From assembly GCA_051362555.1 (NCBI GenBank), contig JBPQGU010000016.1:3596001-3660000 (forward strand): DNA of 64,000 nucleotides, written 5' to 3'. The translations under genes and the position numbers were made by a program. The notes under the pieces are model-generated. The model made no database searches. It saw only the letters and a list, made by a program, of their open reading frames with translations, and had not been told where the DNA came from. The DNA comes from Lingula anatina. Its lineage: Eukaryota > Animalia > Brachiopoda. Within the stretch, counting starts at the first letter, position 1. The number at the start of each line of letters is the position of its first letter. Shown piece after piece: positions 50,502 to 64,000 of this stretch.

Positions 50502-53500
50502 TTAAGGAAGAAATAGAGCAAAAACTCTCTCTCCCCCCCCCCCTCTCAGATTCTGTTCTCAGAGCTTATTTTTGGATCATCTTTAAAGCTAGAATTGGGG
50601 GCCTTGATGAAGTGACCCGGGCGCGTTTCCACATTTTTTATGAATGACAGGTGTGGTAGATTGATTTTCATCACTTTTTGGAAAAATCGGAGACGGGTCG
50701 ATTTTTGGTGATTTTGAGTGATTTTGAACAGTGCCGGCACTGTGAGATTTCTTCAATTTTGGCCAGGTAGGGATGAAAATTTTTTTTCTTCATTATAGTG
50801 TCAGGTAGGTGTGTTCGGTCATTTGTAGTAAGAATAAAGTGCTGGAAGAGTGGTGGTGTCAACATTAAAGAAGAAATAGAGCAAAAACTCTCTCTCCCCC
50901 CCCCCCTCTCAGATTCTGTTCTCAGAGCTTATTTTTGGATCATCTTTAAAGCTAGAATTGGGGGCCTTGATGAAGTGACCCGGGCGCGTTTCCACATTTT
51001 TTATGAATGACAGGTGTGGTAGATTGATTTTCGTCACTTTTTGGAAAAATCGGAGACGGGTCGATTTTTGGTGATTTTGAGTGATTTTGAACAGTGCCGG
51101 CACTGTGAGATTTCTTCAATTTTGGCCAGGTAGGGATGAAAATTTATTTTCTTCATTATAGTGTCAGGTAGGTGTGTTCGGTCATTTGTAGTAAGAATAA
51201 AGTGCTGGAAGAGTGGTGGTGTCAACATTAAGGAAGAAATAGAGCAAAAACTCTCTCTCCCCCCCCCCCCCTCTCAGATTCTGTTCTCAGAGCTTATTTT
51301 TGGATCATCTTTAAAGCTAGAATTGGGGGCCTTGATGAAGTGACCCGGGCGGGTTTCCACATTTTTTATGAATGACAGGTGTGGTAGATTGATTTTCGTC
51401 ACTTTTTGGAAAAATCGGAGACGGGTCGATTTTTGGTGATTTTGAGTGATTTTGAACAGTGCCGGCACTGTGAGATTTCTTCAATTTTGGCCAGGTAGGG
51501 ATGAAAATTTATTTTCTTCATTATAGTGTCAGGTAGGTGTGTTCGGTCATTTGTAGTAAGAATAAAGTGCTGGAAGAGTGGTGGTGTCAACATTAAGGAA
51601 GAAATAGAGCAAAAACTCTCTCTCCCCCCCCCTCTCAGATTCTGTTCTCAGAGCTTATTTTTGGATCATCTTTAAAGCTAGAATTGGGGGCCTTGATGAA
51701 GTGACCCGGGCGCGTTTCCACATTTTTTATGAATGACAGGTGTGGTAGATTGATTTTCATCACTTTTTGGAAAAATCGGAGACGGGTCGATTTTTGGTGA
51801 TTTTGAGTGATTTTGAACAGTGCCGGCACTGTGAGATTTCTTCAATTTTGGCCAGGTAGGGATGAAATTTTTTTTTCTTCATTATAGTGTCAGGTAGGTG
51901 TGTTCGGTCATTTGTAGTAAGAATAAAGTGCTGGAAGAGTGGTGGTGTCAACATTAAAGAAGAAATAGAGCAAAAACTCTCTCTCCCCCCCCCCCTCTCA
52001 GATTCTGTTCTCAGAGCTTATTTTTGGATCATCTTTAAAGCTAGAATTGGGGGCCTTGATGAAGTGACCCGGGCGCGTTTCCACATTTTTTATGAATGAC
52101 AGGTGTGGTAGATTGATTTTCGTCACTTTTTGGAAAAATCGGAGACGGGTCGATTTTTGGTGATTTTGAGTGATTTTGAACAGTGCCGGCACTGTGAGAT
52201 TTCTTCAATTTTGGCCAGGTAGGGATGAAAATTTATTTTCTTCATTATAGTGTCAGGTAGGTGTGTTCGGTCATTTGTAGTAAGAATAAAGTGCTGGAAG
52301 AGTGGTGGTGTCAACATTAAGGAAGAAATAGAGCAAAAACTCTCTCTCCCCCCCCCCCCCCCCTCTCAGATTCTGTTCTCAGAGCTTATTTTTGGATCAT
52401 CTTTAAAGCTAGAATTGGGGGCCTTGATGAAGTGACCCGGGCGGGTTTCCACATTTTTTATGAATGACAGGTGTGGTAGATTGATTTTCGTCACTTTTTG
52501 GAAAAATCGGAGACGGGTCGATTTTTGGTGATTTTGAGTGATTTTGAACAGTGCCGGCACTGTGAGATTTCTTCAATTTTGGCCAGGTAGGGATGAAAAT
52601 TTATTTTCTTCATTATAGTGTCAGGTAGGTGTGTTCGGTCATTTGTAGTAAGAATAAAGTGCTGGAAGAGTGGTGGTGTCAACATTAAGGAAGAAATAGA
52701 GCAAAAACTCTCTCTCCCCCCCCCTCTCAGATTCTGTTCTCAGAGCTTATTTTTGGATCATCTTTAAAGCTAGAATTGGGGGCCTTGATGAAGTGACCCG
52801 GGCGCGTTTCCACATTTTTTATGAATGACAGGTGTGGTAGATTGATTTTCATCACTTTTTGGAAAAATCGGAGACGGGTCGATTTTTGGTGATTTTGAGT
52901 GATTTTGAACAGTGCCGGCACTGTGAGATTTCTTCAATTTTGGCCAGGTAGGGATGAAAATTTTTTTTCTTCATTATAGTGTCAGGTAGGTGTGTTCGGT
53001 CATTTGTAGTAAGAATAAAGTGCTGGAAGAGTGGTGGTGTCAACATTAAAGAAGAAATAGAGCAAAAACTCTCTCTCCCCCCCCCCTCTCAGATTCTGTT
53101 CTCAGAGCTTATTTTTGGATCATCTTTAAAGCTAGAATTGGGGGCCTTGATGAAGTGACCCGGGCGCGTTTCCACATTTTTTATGAATGACAGGTGTGGT
53201 AGATTGATTTTCGTCACTTTTTGGAAAAATCGGAGACGGGTCGATTTTTGGTGATTTTGAGTGATTTTGAACAGTGCCGGCACTGTGAGATTTCTTCAAT
53301 TTTGGCCAGGTAGGGATGAAAATTTATTTTCTTCATTATAGTGTCAGGTAGGTGTGTTCGGTCATTTGTAGTAAGAATAAAGTGCTGGAAGAGTGGTGGT
53401 GTCAACATTAAGGAAGAAATAGAGCAAAAACTCTCTCTCCCCCCCCCCCTCTCAGATTCTGTTCTCAGAGCTTATTTTTGGATCATCTTTAAAGCTAGAA

Positions 53501-53771
53501 TTGGGCGCCTTGATGAAGTGACCCGGGCGGGTTTCCACATTTTTTATGAATGACAGGTGTGGTAGATTGATTTTCGTCACTTTTTGGAAAAATCGGAGAC
53601 GGGTCGATTTTTGGTGATTTTGAGTGATTTTGAACAGTGCCGGCACTGTGAGATTTCTTCAATTTTGGCCAGGTAGGGATGAAAATTTTTTTTCTTCATT
53701 ATAGTGTCAGGTAGGTGTGTTCGGTCATTTGTAGTAAGAATAAAGTGCTGGAAGAGTGGTGGTGTCAACAT
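50502..53771. repeat. 3-monomer higher-order unit x 3 (subfamily B)
   Basis: The series ttttcAtcac+ttaaAgaag / aatttAtttt / ggcgGgttt repeats with a ~1090-bp period. Confidence 0.85.
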
Positions 53772-56700
53772 TAAAGAAGAAATAGAGCAAAAACTCTCTC
53801 TCCCCCCCCCTCTCAGATTCTGTTCTCAGAGCTTATTTTTGGATCATCTTTAAAGCTAGAATTATGGGCCTTGATGAAGTGACCCGGGCGCGTTTACACA
53901 TTTTTTATGAATGACAGGTGTGTTAGATTGATTTTCGTCACTTTTTGGAAAAATCGGAGACGGGTCGATTTTTGGTGATTTTGAGTGATTTTGAACAGTG
54001 CCGGCACTGTGAGATTTCTTCAATTTTGGCCAGGTAGGGATGAAAATTTTTTTTCTTCATTATAGTGTCAGGTAGGTGTGTTCGGTCATTTGTAGTAAGA
54101 ATAAAGTGCTGGAAGAGTGGTGGTGTCAACATTAAGGAAGAAATAGAGCAAAAACTCTCTCTCCCCCCCCCCCCCTCTCAGATTCTGTTCTCAGAGCTTA
54201 TTTTTGGATCATCTTTAAAGCTAGAATTGGGGGCCTTGATGAAGTGACCCGGGCGCGTTTCCACATTTTTTATGAATGACAGGTGTGGTAGATTGATTTT
54301 CGTCACTTTTTGGAAAAATCGGAGACGGGTCGATTTTTGGTGATTTTGAGTGATTTTGAACAGTGCCGGCACTGTGAGATTTCTTCAATTTTGGCCAGGT
54401 AGGGATGAAAATTTATTTTCTTCATTATAGTGTCAGGTAGGTGTGTTCGGTCATTTGTAGTAAGAATAAAGTGCTGGAAGAGTGGTGGTGTCAACATTAA
54501 GGAAGAAATAGAGCAAAAACTCTCTCTCCCCCCCCTCTCAGATTCTGTTCTCAGAGCTTATTTTTGGATCATCTTTAAAGCTAGAATTATGGGCCTTGAT
54601 GAAGTGACCCGGGCGCGTTTACACATTTTTTATGAATTACAGGTGTGTTAGATTGATTTTCGTCACTTTTTGGAAAAATCGGAGACGGGTCGATTTTTGG
54701 TGATTTTGAGTGATTTTGAACAGTGCCGGCACTGTGAGATTTCTTCAATTTTGGCCAGGTAGGGATGAAAATTTTTTTTCTTCATTATAGTGTCAGGTAG
54801 GTGTGTTCGGTCATTTGTAGTAAGAATAAAGTGCTGGAAGAGTGGTGGTGTCAACATTAAAGAAGAAATAGAGCAAAAACTCTCTCTCCCCCCCCCCCCC
54901 TCTCAGATTCTGTTCTCAGAGCTTATTTTTGGATCATCTTTAAAGCTAGAATTGGGGGCCTTGATGAAGTGACCCGGGCGCGTTTCCACATTTTTTATGA
55001 ATGACAGGTGTGGTAGATTGATTTTCGTCACTTTTTGGAAAAATCGGAGACGGGTCGATTTTTGGTGATTTTGAGTGATTTTGAACAGTGCCGGCACTGT
55101 GAGATTTCTTCAATTTTGGCCAGGTAGGGATGAAAATTTATTTTCTTCATTATAGTGTCAGGTAGGTGTGTTCGGTCATTTGTAGTAAGAATAAAGTGCT
55201 GGAAGAGTGGTGGTGTCAACATTAAGGAAGAAATAGAGCAAAAACTCTCTCTCCCCCCCCCCTCTCAGATTCTGTTCTCAGAGCTTATTTTTGGATCATC
55301 TTTAAAGCTAGAATTGGGGGCCTTGATGAAGTGACCCGGGCGGGTTTCCACATTTTTTATGAATGACAGGTGTGGTAGATTGATTTTCGTCACTTTTTGG
55401 AAAAATCGGAGACGGGTCGATTTTTGGTGATTTTGAGTGATTTTGAACAGTGCCGGCACTGTGAGATTTCTTCAGTTTTGGCCAGGTAGGGATGAAAATT
55501 TTTTTTCTTCATTATAGTGTCAGGTAGGTGTGTTCGGTCATTTGTAGTAAGAATAAAGTGCTGGAAGAGTGGTGGTGTCAACATTAAAAAAGAAATAGAG
55601 CAAAAACTCTCTCTCCCCCCCCCCCTCTCAGATTCTGTTCTCAGAGCTTATTTTTGGATCATCTTTAAAGCTAGAATTGGGGGCCTTGATGAAGTGACCC
55701 GGGCGCGTTTCCACATTTTTTATGAATGACAGGTGTGGTAGATTGATTTTCGTCACTTTTTGGAAAAATCGGAGACGGGTCGATTTTTGGTGATTTTGAG
55801 TGATTTTGAACAGTGCCGGCACTGTGAGATTTCTTCAATTTTGGCCAGGTAGGGATGAAAATTTATTTTCTTCATTATAGTGTCAGGTAGGTGTGTTCGG
55901 TCATTTGTAGTAAGAATGAAGTGCTGGAAGAGTGGTGGTGTCAACATTAAAGAAGAAATAGAGCAAAAACTCTCTCTCCCCCCCCCCTCTCAGATTCTGT
56001 TCTCAGAGCTTATTTTTGGATCATCTTTAAAGCTAGAATTGGGGGCCTTGATGAAGTGACCCGGGCGGGTTTCCACATTTTTTATGAATGACAGGTGTAG
56101 TAGATTGATTTTCGTCACTTTTTGGAAAAATCGGAGACGGGTCGATTTTTGGTGATTTTGAGTGATTTTGAACAGTGCCGGCACTGTGAGATTTCTTCAA
56201 TTTTGGCCAGGTAGGGATGAAAATTTATTTTCTTCATTATAGTGTCAGGTAGGTGTGTTCGGTCATTTGTAGTAAGAATAAAGTGCTGGAAGAGTGGTGG
56301 TGTCAACATTAAGGAAGAAATAGAGCAAAAACTCTCTCTCCCCCCCCTCTCAGATTCTGTTCTCAGAGCTTATTTTTGGATCATCTTTAAAGCTAGAATT
56401 ATGGGCCTTGATGAAGTGACCCGGGCGCGTTTACACATTTTTTATGAATGACAGGTGTGTTAGATTGATTTTCGTCACTTTTTGGAAAAATTGGAGACGG
56501 GTCGATTTTTGGTGATTTTGAGTGATTTTGAACAGTGCCGGCACTGTGAGATTTCTTCAATTTTGGCCAGGTAGGGATGAAAATTTTTTTTCTTCATTAT
56601 AGTGTCAGGTAGGTGTGTTCGGTCATTTGTAGTAAGAATAAAGTGCTGGAAGAGTGGTGGTGTCAACATTAAGGAAGAAATAGAGCAAAAACTCTCTCTC

Positions 56701-58477
56701 CCCCCCCCTCTCAGATTCTGTTCTCAGAGCTTATTTTTGGATCATCTTTAAAGCTAGAATTGGGGGCCTTGATGAAGTGACCCGGGCGCGTTTCCACATT
56801 TTTTATGAATGACAGGTGTGGTAGATTGATTTTCGTCACTTTTTGGAAAAATCGGAGACGGGGCGATTTTTGGTGATTTTGAGTGATTTTGAACAGTGCC
56901 GGCACTGTGAGATTTCTTCAATTTTGGCCAGGTAGGGATGAAAATTTATTTTCTTCATTATAGTGTCAGGTAGGTGTGTTCGGTCATTTGTAGTAAGAAT
57001 AAAGTGCTGGAAGAGTGGTGGTGTCAACATTAAGGAAGAAATAGAGCAAAAACTCTCTCTCCCCCCCCCCCCTCTCAGATTCTGTTCTCAGAGCTTATTT
57101 TTGGATCATCTTTAAAGCTAGAATTGGGGGCCTTGATGAAGTGACCCGGGCGCGTTTCCACATTTTTTATGAATGACAGGTGTGGTAGATTGATTTTCGT
57201 CACTTTTTGGAAAAATCGGAGACGGGTCGATTTTTGGTGATTTTGAGTGATTTTGAACAGTGCCGGCACTGTGAGATTTCTTCAATTTTGGCCAGGTAGG
57301 GATGAAAATATTTTTTCTTCATTATAGTGTCAGGTAGGTGTGTTCGGTCATTTGTAGTAAGAATAAAGTGCTGGAAGAGTGGTGGTGTCAACATTAAGGA
57401 AGAAATAGAGCAAAAACTCTCTCTCCCCCCCCCCCTCTCAGATTCTGTTCTCAGAGCTTATTTTTGGATCATCTTTAAAGCTAGAATTGGGGGCCTTGAT
57501 GAAGTGACCCGGGCGCGTTTCCACATTTTTTATGAATGACAGGTGTGGTAGATTGATTTTCGTCACTTTTTGGAAAAATCGGAGACGGGTTGATTTTTGA
57601 TGATTTTGAGTGATTTTGAACAGTGCCGGCACTGTGAGATTTCTTCAATTTTGGCCAGGTAGGGATGAAAATTTTTTTTCTTCATTATAGTGTCAGGTAG
57701 GTGTGTTCGGTCATTTGTAGTAAGAATAAAGTGCTGGAAGAGTGGTGGTGTCAATATTAAGGAAGAAATAGACTAAAAACTCTCTCTCCCCCCCCTCTCA
57801 GATTCTGTTCTCAGAGCTTATTTTTGGATCATCTTTAAAGCTAGAATTGGGGGCCTTGATGAAGTGACCCGGGCGCGTTTCCACATTTTTTATGAATGAC
57901 AGGTGTGGTAGATTGATTTTTGTCACTTTTTGGAAAAATCGGAGACGGGTCGATTTTTGGTGATTTTGAGTGATTTTGAACAGTGCCGGCACTGTGAGAT
58001 TTCTTCAATTTTGGCCAGGTAGGGATGAAAATTTTTTTTCTTCATTATAGTGTCAGGTAGGTGTGTTCGGTCATTTGTAGTAAGAATAAAGTGCTGGAAG
58101 AGTGGTGGTGTCAACATTAAGGAAGAAATAGAGCAAAAACTCTCTCTCCCCCCCCCTCTCAGATTCTGTTCTCAGAGCTTATTTTTGGATCATCTTTAAA
58201 GCTAGAATTGGGGGCCTTGATGAAGTGACCCGGGCGCGTTTCCACATTTTTTATGAATGACAGGTGTGGTAGATTGATTTTCGTCACTTTTTGGAAAAAT
58301 CGGAGACGGGTCGATTTTTGGTGATTTTGAGTGATTTTGAACAGTGCCGGCACTGTGAGATTTCTTCAATTTTGGCCAGGTAGGGATGAAAATTTATTTT
58401 CTTCATTATAGTGTCAGGTAGGTGTGTTCGGTCATTTGTAGTAAGAATAAAGTGCTGGAAGAGTGGTGGTGTCAACA

Positions 58478-61400
58478 TTAAGGAAGAAATAGAGCAAAAA
58501 CTCTCTCTCCCCCCCCTCTCAGATTCTGTTCTCAGAGCTTATTTTTGGATCATCTTTAAAGCTAGAATTATGGGCCTTGATGAAGTGACCCGGGCGCGTT
58601 TACACATTTTTTATGAATTACAGGTGTGTTAGATTGATTTTCGTCACTTTTTGGAAAAATCGGAGACGGGTCGATTTTTGGTGATTTTGAGTGATTTTGA
58701 ACAGTGCCGGCACTGTGAGATTTCTTCAATTTTGGCCAGGTAGGGATGAAAATTTTTTTTCTTCATTATAGTGTCAGGTAGGTGTGTTCGGTCATTTGTA
58801 GTAAGAATAAAGTGCTGGAAGAGTGGTGGTGTCAACATTAAGGAAGAAATAGAGCAAAAACTCTCTCTCCCCCCCCCTCTCAGATTCTGTTCTCAGAGCT
58901 TATTTTTGGATCATCTTTAAAGCTAGAATTGGGGGCCTTGATGAAGTGACCCGGGCGCGTTTCCACATTTTTTATGAATGACAGGTGTGGTAGATTGATT
59001 TTCGTCACTTTTTGGAAAAATCGGAGACGGGTCGATTTTTGGTGATTTTGAGTGATTTTGAACAGTGCCGGCACTGTGAGATTTCTTCAATTTTGGCCAG
59101 GTAGGGATGAAAATATTTTTTCTTCATTATAGTGTCAGGTAGGTGTGTTCGGTCATTTGTAGTAAGAATAAAGTGCTGGAAGAGTGGTGGTGTCAACATT
59201 AAGGAAGAAATAGAGCAAAAACTCTCTCTCCCCCCCCCCCCTCTCAGATTCTGTTCTCAGAGCTTATTTTTGGATCATCTTTAAAGCTAGAATTGGGGGC
59301 CTTGATGAAGTGACCCGGGCGCGTTTCCACATTTTTTATGAATGACAGGTGTGGTAGATTGATTTTCGTCACTTTTTGGAAAAATCGGAGACGGGTCGAT
59401 TTTTGGTGATTTTGAGTGATTTTGAACAGTGCCGGCACTGTGAGATTTCTTCAATTTTGGCCAGGTAGGGATGAAAATTTTTTTTCTTCATTATAGTGTC
59501 AGGTAGGTGTGTTCGGTCATTTGTAGTAAGAATAAAGTGCTGGAAGAGTGGTGGTGTCAACATTAAGGAAGAAATAGAGCAAAAACTCTCTCTCCCCCCC
59601 CCTCTCAGATTCTGTTCTCAGAGCTTATTTTTGGATCATCTTTAAAGCTAGAATTGGGGGCCTTGATGAAGTGACCCGGGCGCGTTTACACATTTTTTAT
59701 GAATGACAGGTGTGGTAGATTGATTTTCGTCACTTTTTGGAAAAATCGGAGACGGGTCGATTTTTGGTGATTTTGAGTGATTTTGAACAGTGCCGGCACT
59801 GTGAGATTTCTTCAATTTTGGCCAGGTAGGGATGAAAATTTTTTTTCTTCATTATAGTGTCAGGTAGGTGTGTTCGGTCATTTGTAGTAAGAATAAAGTG
59901 CTGGAAGAGTGGTGGTGTCAACATTAAGGAAGAAATAGAGCAAAATCTCTCTCTCCCCCCCCCTCTCAGATTCTGTTCTCAGAGCTTATTTTTGGATCAT
60001 CTTTAAAGCTAGAATTGGGGGCCTTGATGAAGTGACCCGGGCGCGTTTCCACATTTTTTATGAATGACAGGTGTGGTAGATTGATTTTCGTCACTTTTTG
60101 GAAAAATCGGAGACGGGTCGATTTTTGGTGATTTTGAGTGATTTTGAACAGTGCCGGCACTGTGAGATTTCTTCAATTTTGGCCAGGTAGGGATGAAAAT
60201 TTTTTTTCTTCATTATAGTGTCAGGTAGGTGTGTTCGGTCATTTGTAGTAAGAATAAAGTGCTGGAAGAGTGGTGGTGTCAACATTAAGGAAGAAATAGA
60301 GCAAAAACTCTCTCTCCCCCCCCTCTCAGATTCTGTTCTCAGAGCTTATTTTTGGATCATCTTTAAAGCTAGAATTATGGGCCTTGATGAAGTGACCCGG
60401 GGGCGTTTACACATTTTTTATGAATTACAGGTGTGTTAGATTGATTTTCGTCACTTTTTGGAAAAATCGGAGACGGGTCGATTTTTGGTGATTTTGAGTG
60501 ATTTTGAACAGTGCCGGCACTGTGAGATTTCTTCAATTTTGGCCAGGTAGGGATGAAAATTTTTTTTCTTCATTATAGTGTCAGGTAGGTGTGTTCGGTC
60601 ATTTGTAGTAAGAATAAAGTGCTGGAAGAGTGGTGGTGTCAACATTAAGGAAGAAATAGAGCAAAAACTCTCTCTCCCCCCCCCTCTCAGATTCTGTTCT
60701 CAGAGCTTATTTTTGGATCATCTTTAAAGCTAGAATTGGGGGCCTTGATGAAGTGACCCGGGCGCGTTTCCACATTTTTTATGAATGACAGGTGTGGTAG
60801 ATTGATTTTCGTCACTTTTTGGAAAAATCGGAGACGGGTCGATTTTTGGTGATTTTGAGTGATTTTGAACAGTGCCGGCACTGTGAGATTTCTTCAATTT
60901 TGGCCAGGTAGGGATGAAAATATTTTTTCTTCATTATAGTGTCAGGTAGGTGTGTTCGGTCATTTGTAGTAAGAATAAAGTGCTGGAAGAGTGGTGGTGT
61001 CAACATTAAGGAAGAAATAGAGCAAAAACTCTCTCTCCCCCCCCCCCTCTCAGATTCTGTTCTCAGAGCTTATTTTTGGATCATCTTTAAAGCTAGAATT
61101 GGGGGCCTTGATGAAGTGACCCGGGCGCGTTTCCACATTTTTTATGAATGACAGGTGTGGTAGATTGATTTTCGTCACTTTTTGGAAAAATCGGAGACGG
61201 GTCGATTTTTGGTGATTTTGAGTGATTTTGAACAGTGCCGGCACTGTGAGATTTCTTCAATTTTGGCCAGGTAGGGATGAAAATTTTTTTTCTTCATTAT
61301 AGTGTCAGGTAGGTGTGTTCGGTCATTTGTAGTAAGAATAAAGTGCTGGAAGAGTGGTGGTGTCAACATTAAGGAAGAAATAGAGCAAAAACTCTCTCTC

Positions 61401-63897
61401 CCCCCCCCTCTCAGATTCTGTTCTCAGAGCTTATTTTTGGATCATCTTTAAAGCTAGAATTGGGGGCCTTGATGAAGTGACCCGGGCGCGTTTACACATT
61501 TTTTATGAATGACAGGTGTGGTAGATTGATTTTCGTCACTTTTTGGAAAAATCGGAGACGGGTCGATTTTTGGTGATTTTGAGTGATTTTGAACAGTGCC
61601 GGCACTGTGAGATTTCTTCAATTTTGGCCAGGTAGGGATGAAAATTTTTTTTCTTAATTATAGTGTCAGGTAGGTGTGTTCGGTCATTTGTAGTAAGAAT
61701 AAAGTGCTGGAAGAGTGGTGGTGTCAACATTAAGGAAGAAATAGAGCAAAATCTCTCTCTCCCCCCCCCTCTCAGATTCTGTTCTCAGAGCTTATTTTTG
61801 GATCATCTTTAAAGCTAGAATTGGGGGCCTTGATGAAGTGACCCGGGCGCGTTTCCACATTTTTTATGAATGACAGGTGTGGTAGATTGATTTTCGTCAC
61901 TTTTTGGAAAAATCGGAGACGGGTCGATTTTTGGTGATTTTGAGTGATTTTGAACAGTGCCGGCACTGTGAGATTTCTTCAATTTTGGCCAGGTAGGGAT
62001 GAAAATTTTTTTTCTTCATTATAGTGTCAGGTAGGTGTGTTCGGTCATTTGTAGTAAGAATAAAGTGCTGGAAGAGTGGTGGTGTCAACATTAAGGAAGA
62101 AATAGAGCAAAAACTCTCTCTCCCCCCCCTCTCAGATTCTGTTCTCAGAGCTTATTTTTGGATCATCTTTAAAGCTAGAATTATGGGCCTTGATGAAGTG
62201 ACCCGGGGGCGTTTACACATTTTTTATGAATTACAGGTGTGTTAGATTGATTTTCGTCACTTTTTGGAAAAATCGGAGACGGGTCGATTTTTGGTGATTT
62301 TGAGTGATTTTGAACAGTGCCGGCACTGTGAGATTTCTTCAATTTTGGCCAGGTAGGGATGAAAATTTTTTTTCTTCATTATAGTGTCAGGTAGGTGTGT
62401 TCGGTCATTTGTAGTAAGAATAAAGTGCTGGAAGAGTGGTGGTGTCAACATTAAGGAAGAAATAGAGCAAAAACTCTCTCTCCCCCCCCCTCTCAGATTC
62501 TGTTCTCAGAGCTTATTTTTGGATCATCTTTAAAGCTAGAATTGGGGGCCTTGATGAAGTGACCCGGGCGCGTTTCCACATTTTTTATGAATGACAGGTG
62601 TGGTAGATTGATTTTCGTCACTTTTTGGAAAAATCGGAGACGGGTCGATTTTTGGTGATTTTGAGTGATTTTGAACAGTGCCGGCACTGTGAGATTTCTT
62701 CAATTTTGGCCAGGTAGGGATGAAAATATTTTTTCTTCATTATAGTGTCAGGTAGGTGTGTTCGGTCATTTGTAGTAAGAATAAAGTGCTGGAAGAGTGG
62801 TGGTGTCAACATTAAGGAAGAAATAGAGCAAAAACTCTCTCTCCCCCCCCCCCTCTCAGATTCTGTTCTCAGAGCTTATTTTTGGATCATCTTTAAAGCT
62901 AGAATTGGGGGCCTTGATGAAGTGACCCGGGCGCGTTTCCACATTTTTTATGAATGACAGGTGTGGTAGATTGATTTTCGTCACTTTTTGGAAAAATCGG
63001 AGACGGGTCAATTTTTGGTGATTTTGAGTGATTTTGAACAGTGCCGGCACTGTGAGATTTCTTCAATTTTGGCCAGGTAGGGATGAAAATTTTTTTTCTT
63101 CATTATAGTGTCAGGTAGGTGTGTTCGGTCATTTGTAGTAAGAATAAAGTGCTGGAAGAGTGGTGGTGTCAACATTAAGGAAGAAATAGAGCAAAAACTC
63201 TCTCTCCCCCCCCCTCTCAGATTCTGTTCTCAGAGCTTATTTTTGGATCATCTTTAAAGCTAGAATTGGGGGCCTTGATGAAGTGACCCGGGCGCGTTTA
63301 CACATTTTTTATGAATGACAGGTGTGGTAGATTGATTTTCGTCACTTTTTGGAAAAATCGGAGACGGGTCGATTTTTGGTGATTTTGAGTGATTTTGAAC
63401 AGTGCCGGCACTGTGAGATTTCTTCAATTTTGGCCAGGTAGGGATGAAAATTTTTTTTCTTCATTATAGTGTCAGGTAGGTGTGTTCGGTCATTTGTAGT
63501 AAGAATAAAGTGCTGGAAGAGTGGTGGTGTCAACATTAAGGAAGAAATAGAGCAAAATCTCTCTCTCCCCCCCCCTCTCAGATTCTGTTCTCACAGCTTA
63601 TTTTTGGATCATCTTTAAAGCTAGAATTGGGGGCCTTGATGAAGTGACCCGGGCGCGTTTCCACATTTTTTATGAATGACAGGTGTGGTAGATTGATTTT
63701 CGTCACTTTTTGGAAAAATCGGAGACGGGTCGATTTTTGGTGATTTTGAGTGATTTTGAACAGTGCCGGCACTGTGAGATTTCTTCAATTTTGGCCAGGT
63801 AGGGATGAAAATTTTTTTTCTTCATTATAGTGTCAGGTAGGTGTGTTCGGTCATTTGTAGTCAGAATAAAGTGCTGGAAAAGTGGTGGTGTCAACAT
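58478..63897. repeat. 5-monomer higher-order unit x 3 (subfamily B)
   Basis: The series attATggg+ttAcac+aatTac+tgtTag / aaaatAttt / consensus / ttAcac / aaaaTctc repeats with a ~1806-bp period. The + strand ORFs at 58411, 60218 and 62024 show the same period. Confidence 0.88.
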
Positions 63898-64000
63898 TAA
63901 GGAAGAAATAGAGCAAAAACTCTCTCTCCCCCCCCCCCTCTCAGATTCTGTTCTCAGAGCTTATTTTTGGATCATCTTTAAAGCTGGAATTGGGGGCCTT

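Larger units (their letters stand above)
1..64000. repeat. Tandem satellite DNA array, ~361-bp monomer, about 173 copies, extending past both window edges
   Basis: The same unit (ttaaggaagaaatagagc...gtggtggtgtcaaca) recurs head-to-tail every ~360-371 bp in one orientation. Length variation is almost all in a poly-C tract, and monomers differ by only a few SNPs. The copy number is estimated from length divided by period. Confidence 0.99.
38204..64000. repeat. Satellite subfamily B domain
   Basis: Monomers carry gaattgGggg, ccttGatgaag, gacagGtgtgg and gatgaaaaTttt from 38298 onward, and ctctCtctc from ~38955 onward. Confidence 0.95.

Noticed and set aside
115-63897. Hundreds of repeated 60-106 aa ORFs (MLTPPLF..., MPALFKI..., MSGRCVR...)
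   Set aside because: They are translations of the satellite in overlapping frames, often with non-ATG starts. They are freely broken by stops and frameshifts and have no recognisable domain.
1-64000. CRISPR-like or cassette-like array
   Set aside because: There are no unique spacers or cassettes between repeats, the entire unit is repeated, and there are no cas or integrase genes.

Overview
This window is eukaryotic satellite DNA. It is a head-to-tail array of about 173 near-identical monomers of ~360-371 bp (modal 361-363), and I see no credible protein or RNA genes; the ORF track is the monomer translated over and over. The array has internal structure. (1) The same ~630-bp non-coding DNA-transposon-like element (TTAA target-site duplication, imperfect AG...CT terminal inverted repeats, Kolobok-type, possibly a solo long terminal direct repeat) interrupts it twice, at 674-1302 and 31053-31682. 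Both copies sit at the same monomer position with matching downstream SNP haplotypes, so this is one insertion copied by a segmental duplication ~30 kb away. (2) Two monomer subfamilies meet at an abrupt boundary near 38.2 kb. (3) There are several local higher-order repeats (9-, 3-, 4- and 5-monomer periods). (4) A microhomology-flanked templated-insertion scar occurs twice (19981-20020, 23268-23307). (5) There are perfect palindromes in both the monomer and the element, and many SNPs are CpG transitions, suggesting methylation. The host organism and any centromeric function cannot be determined from sequence alone.
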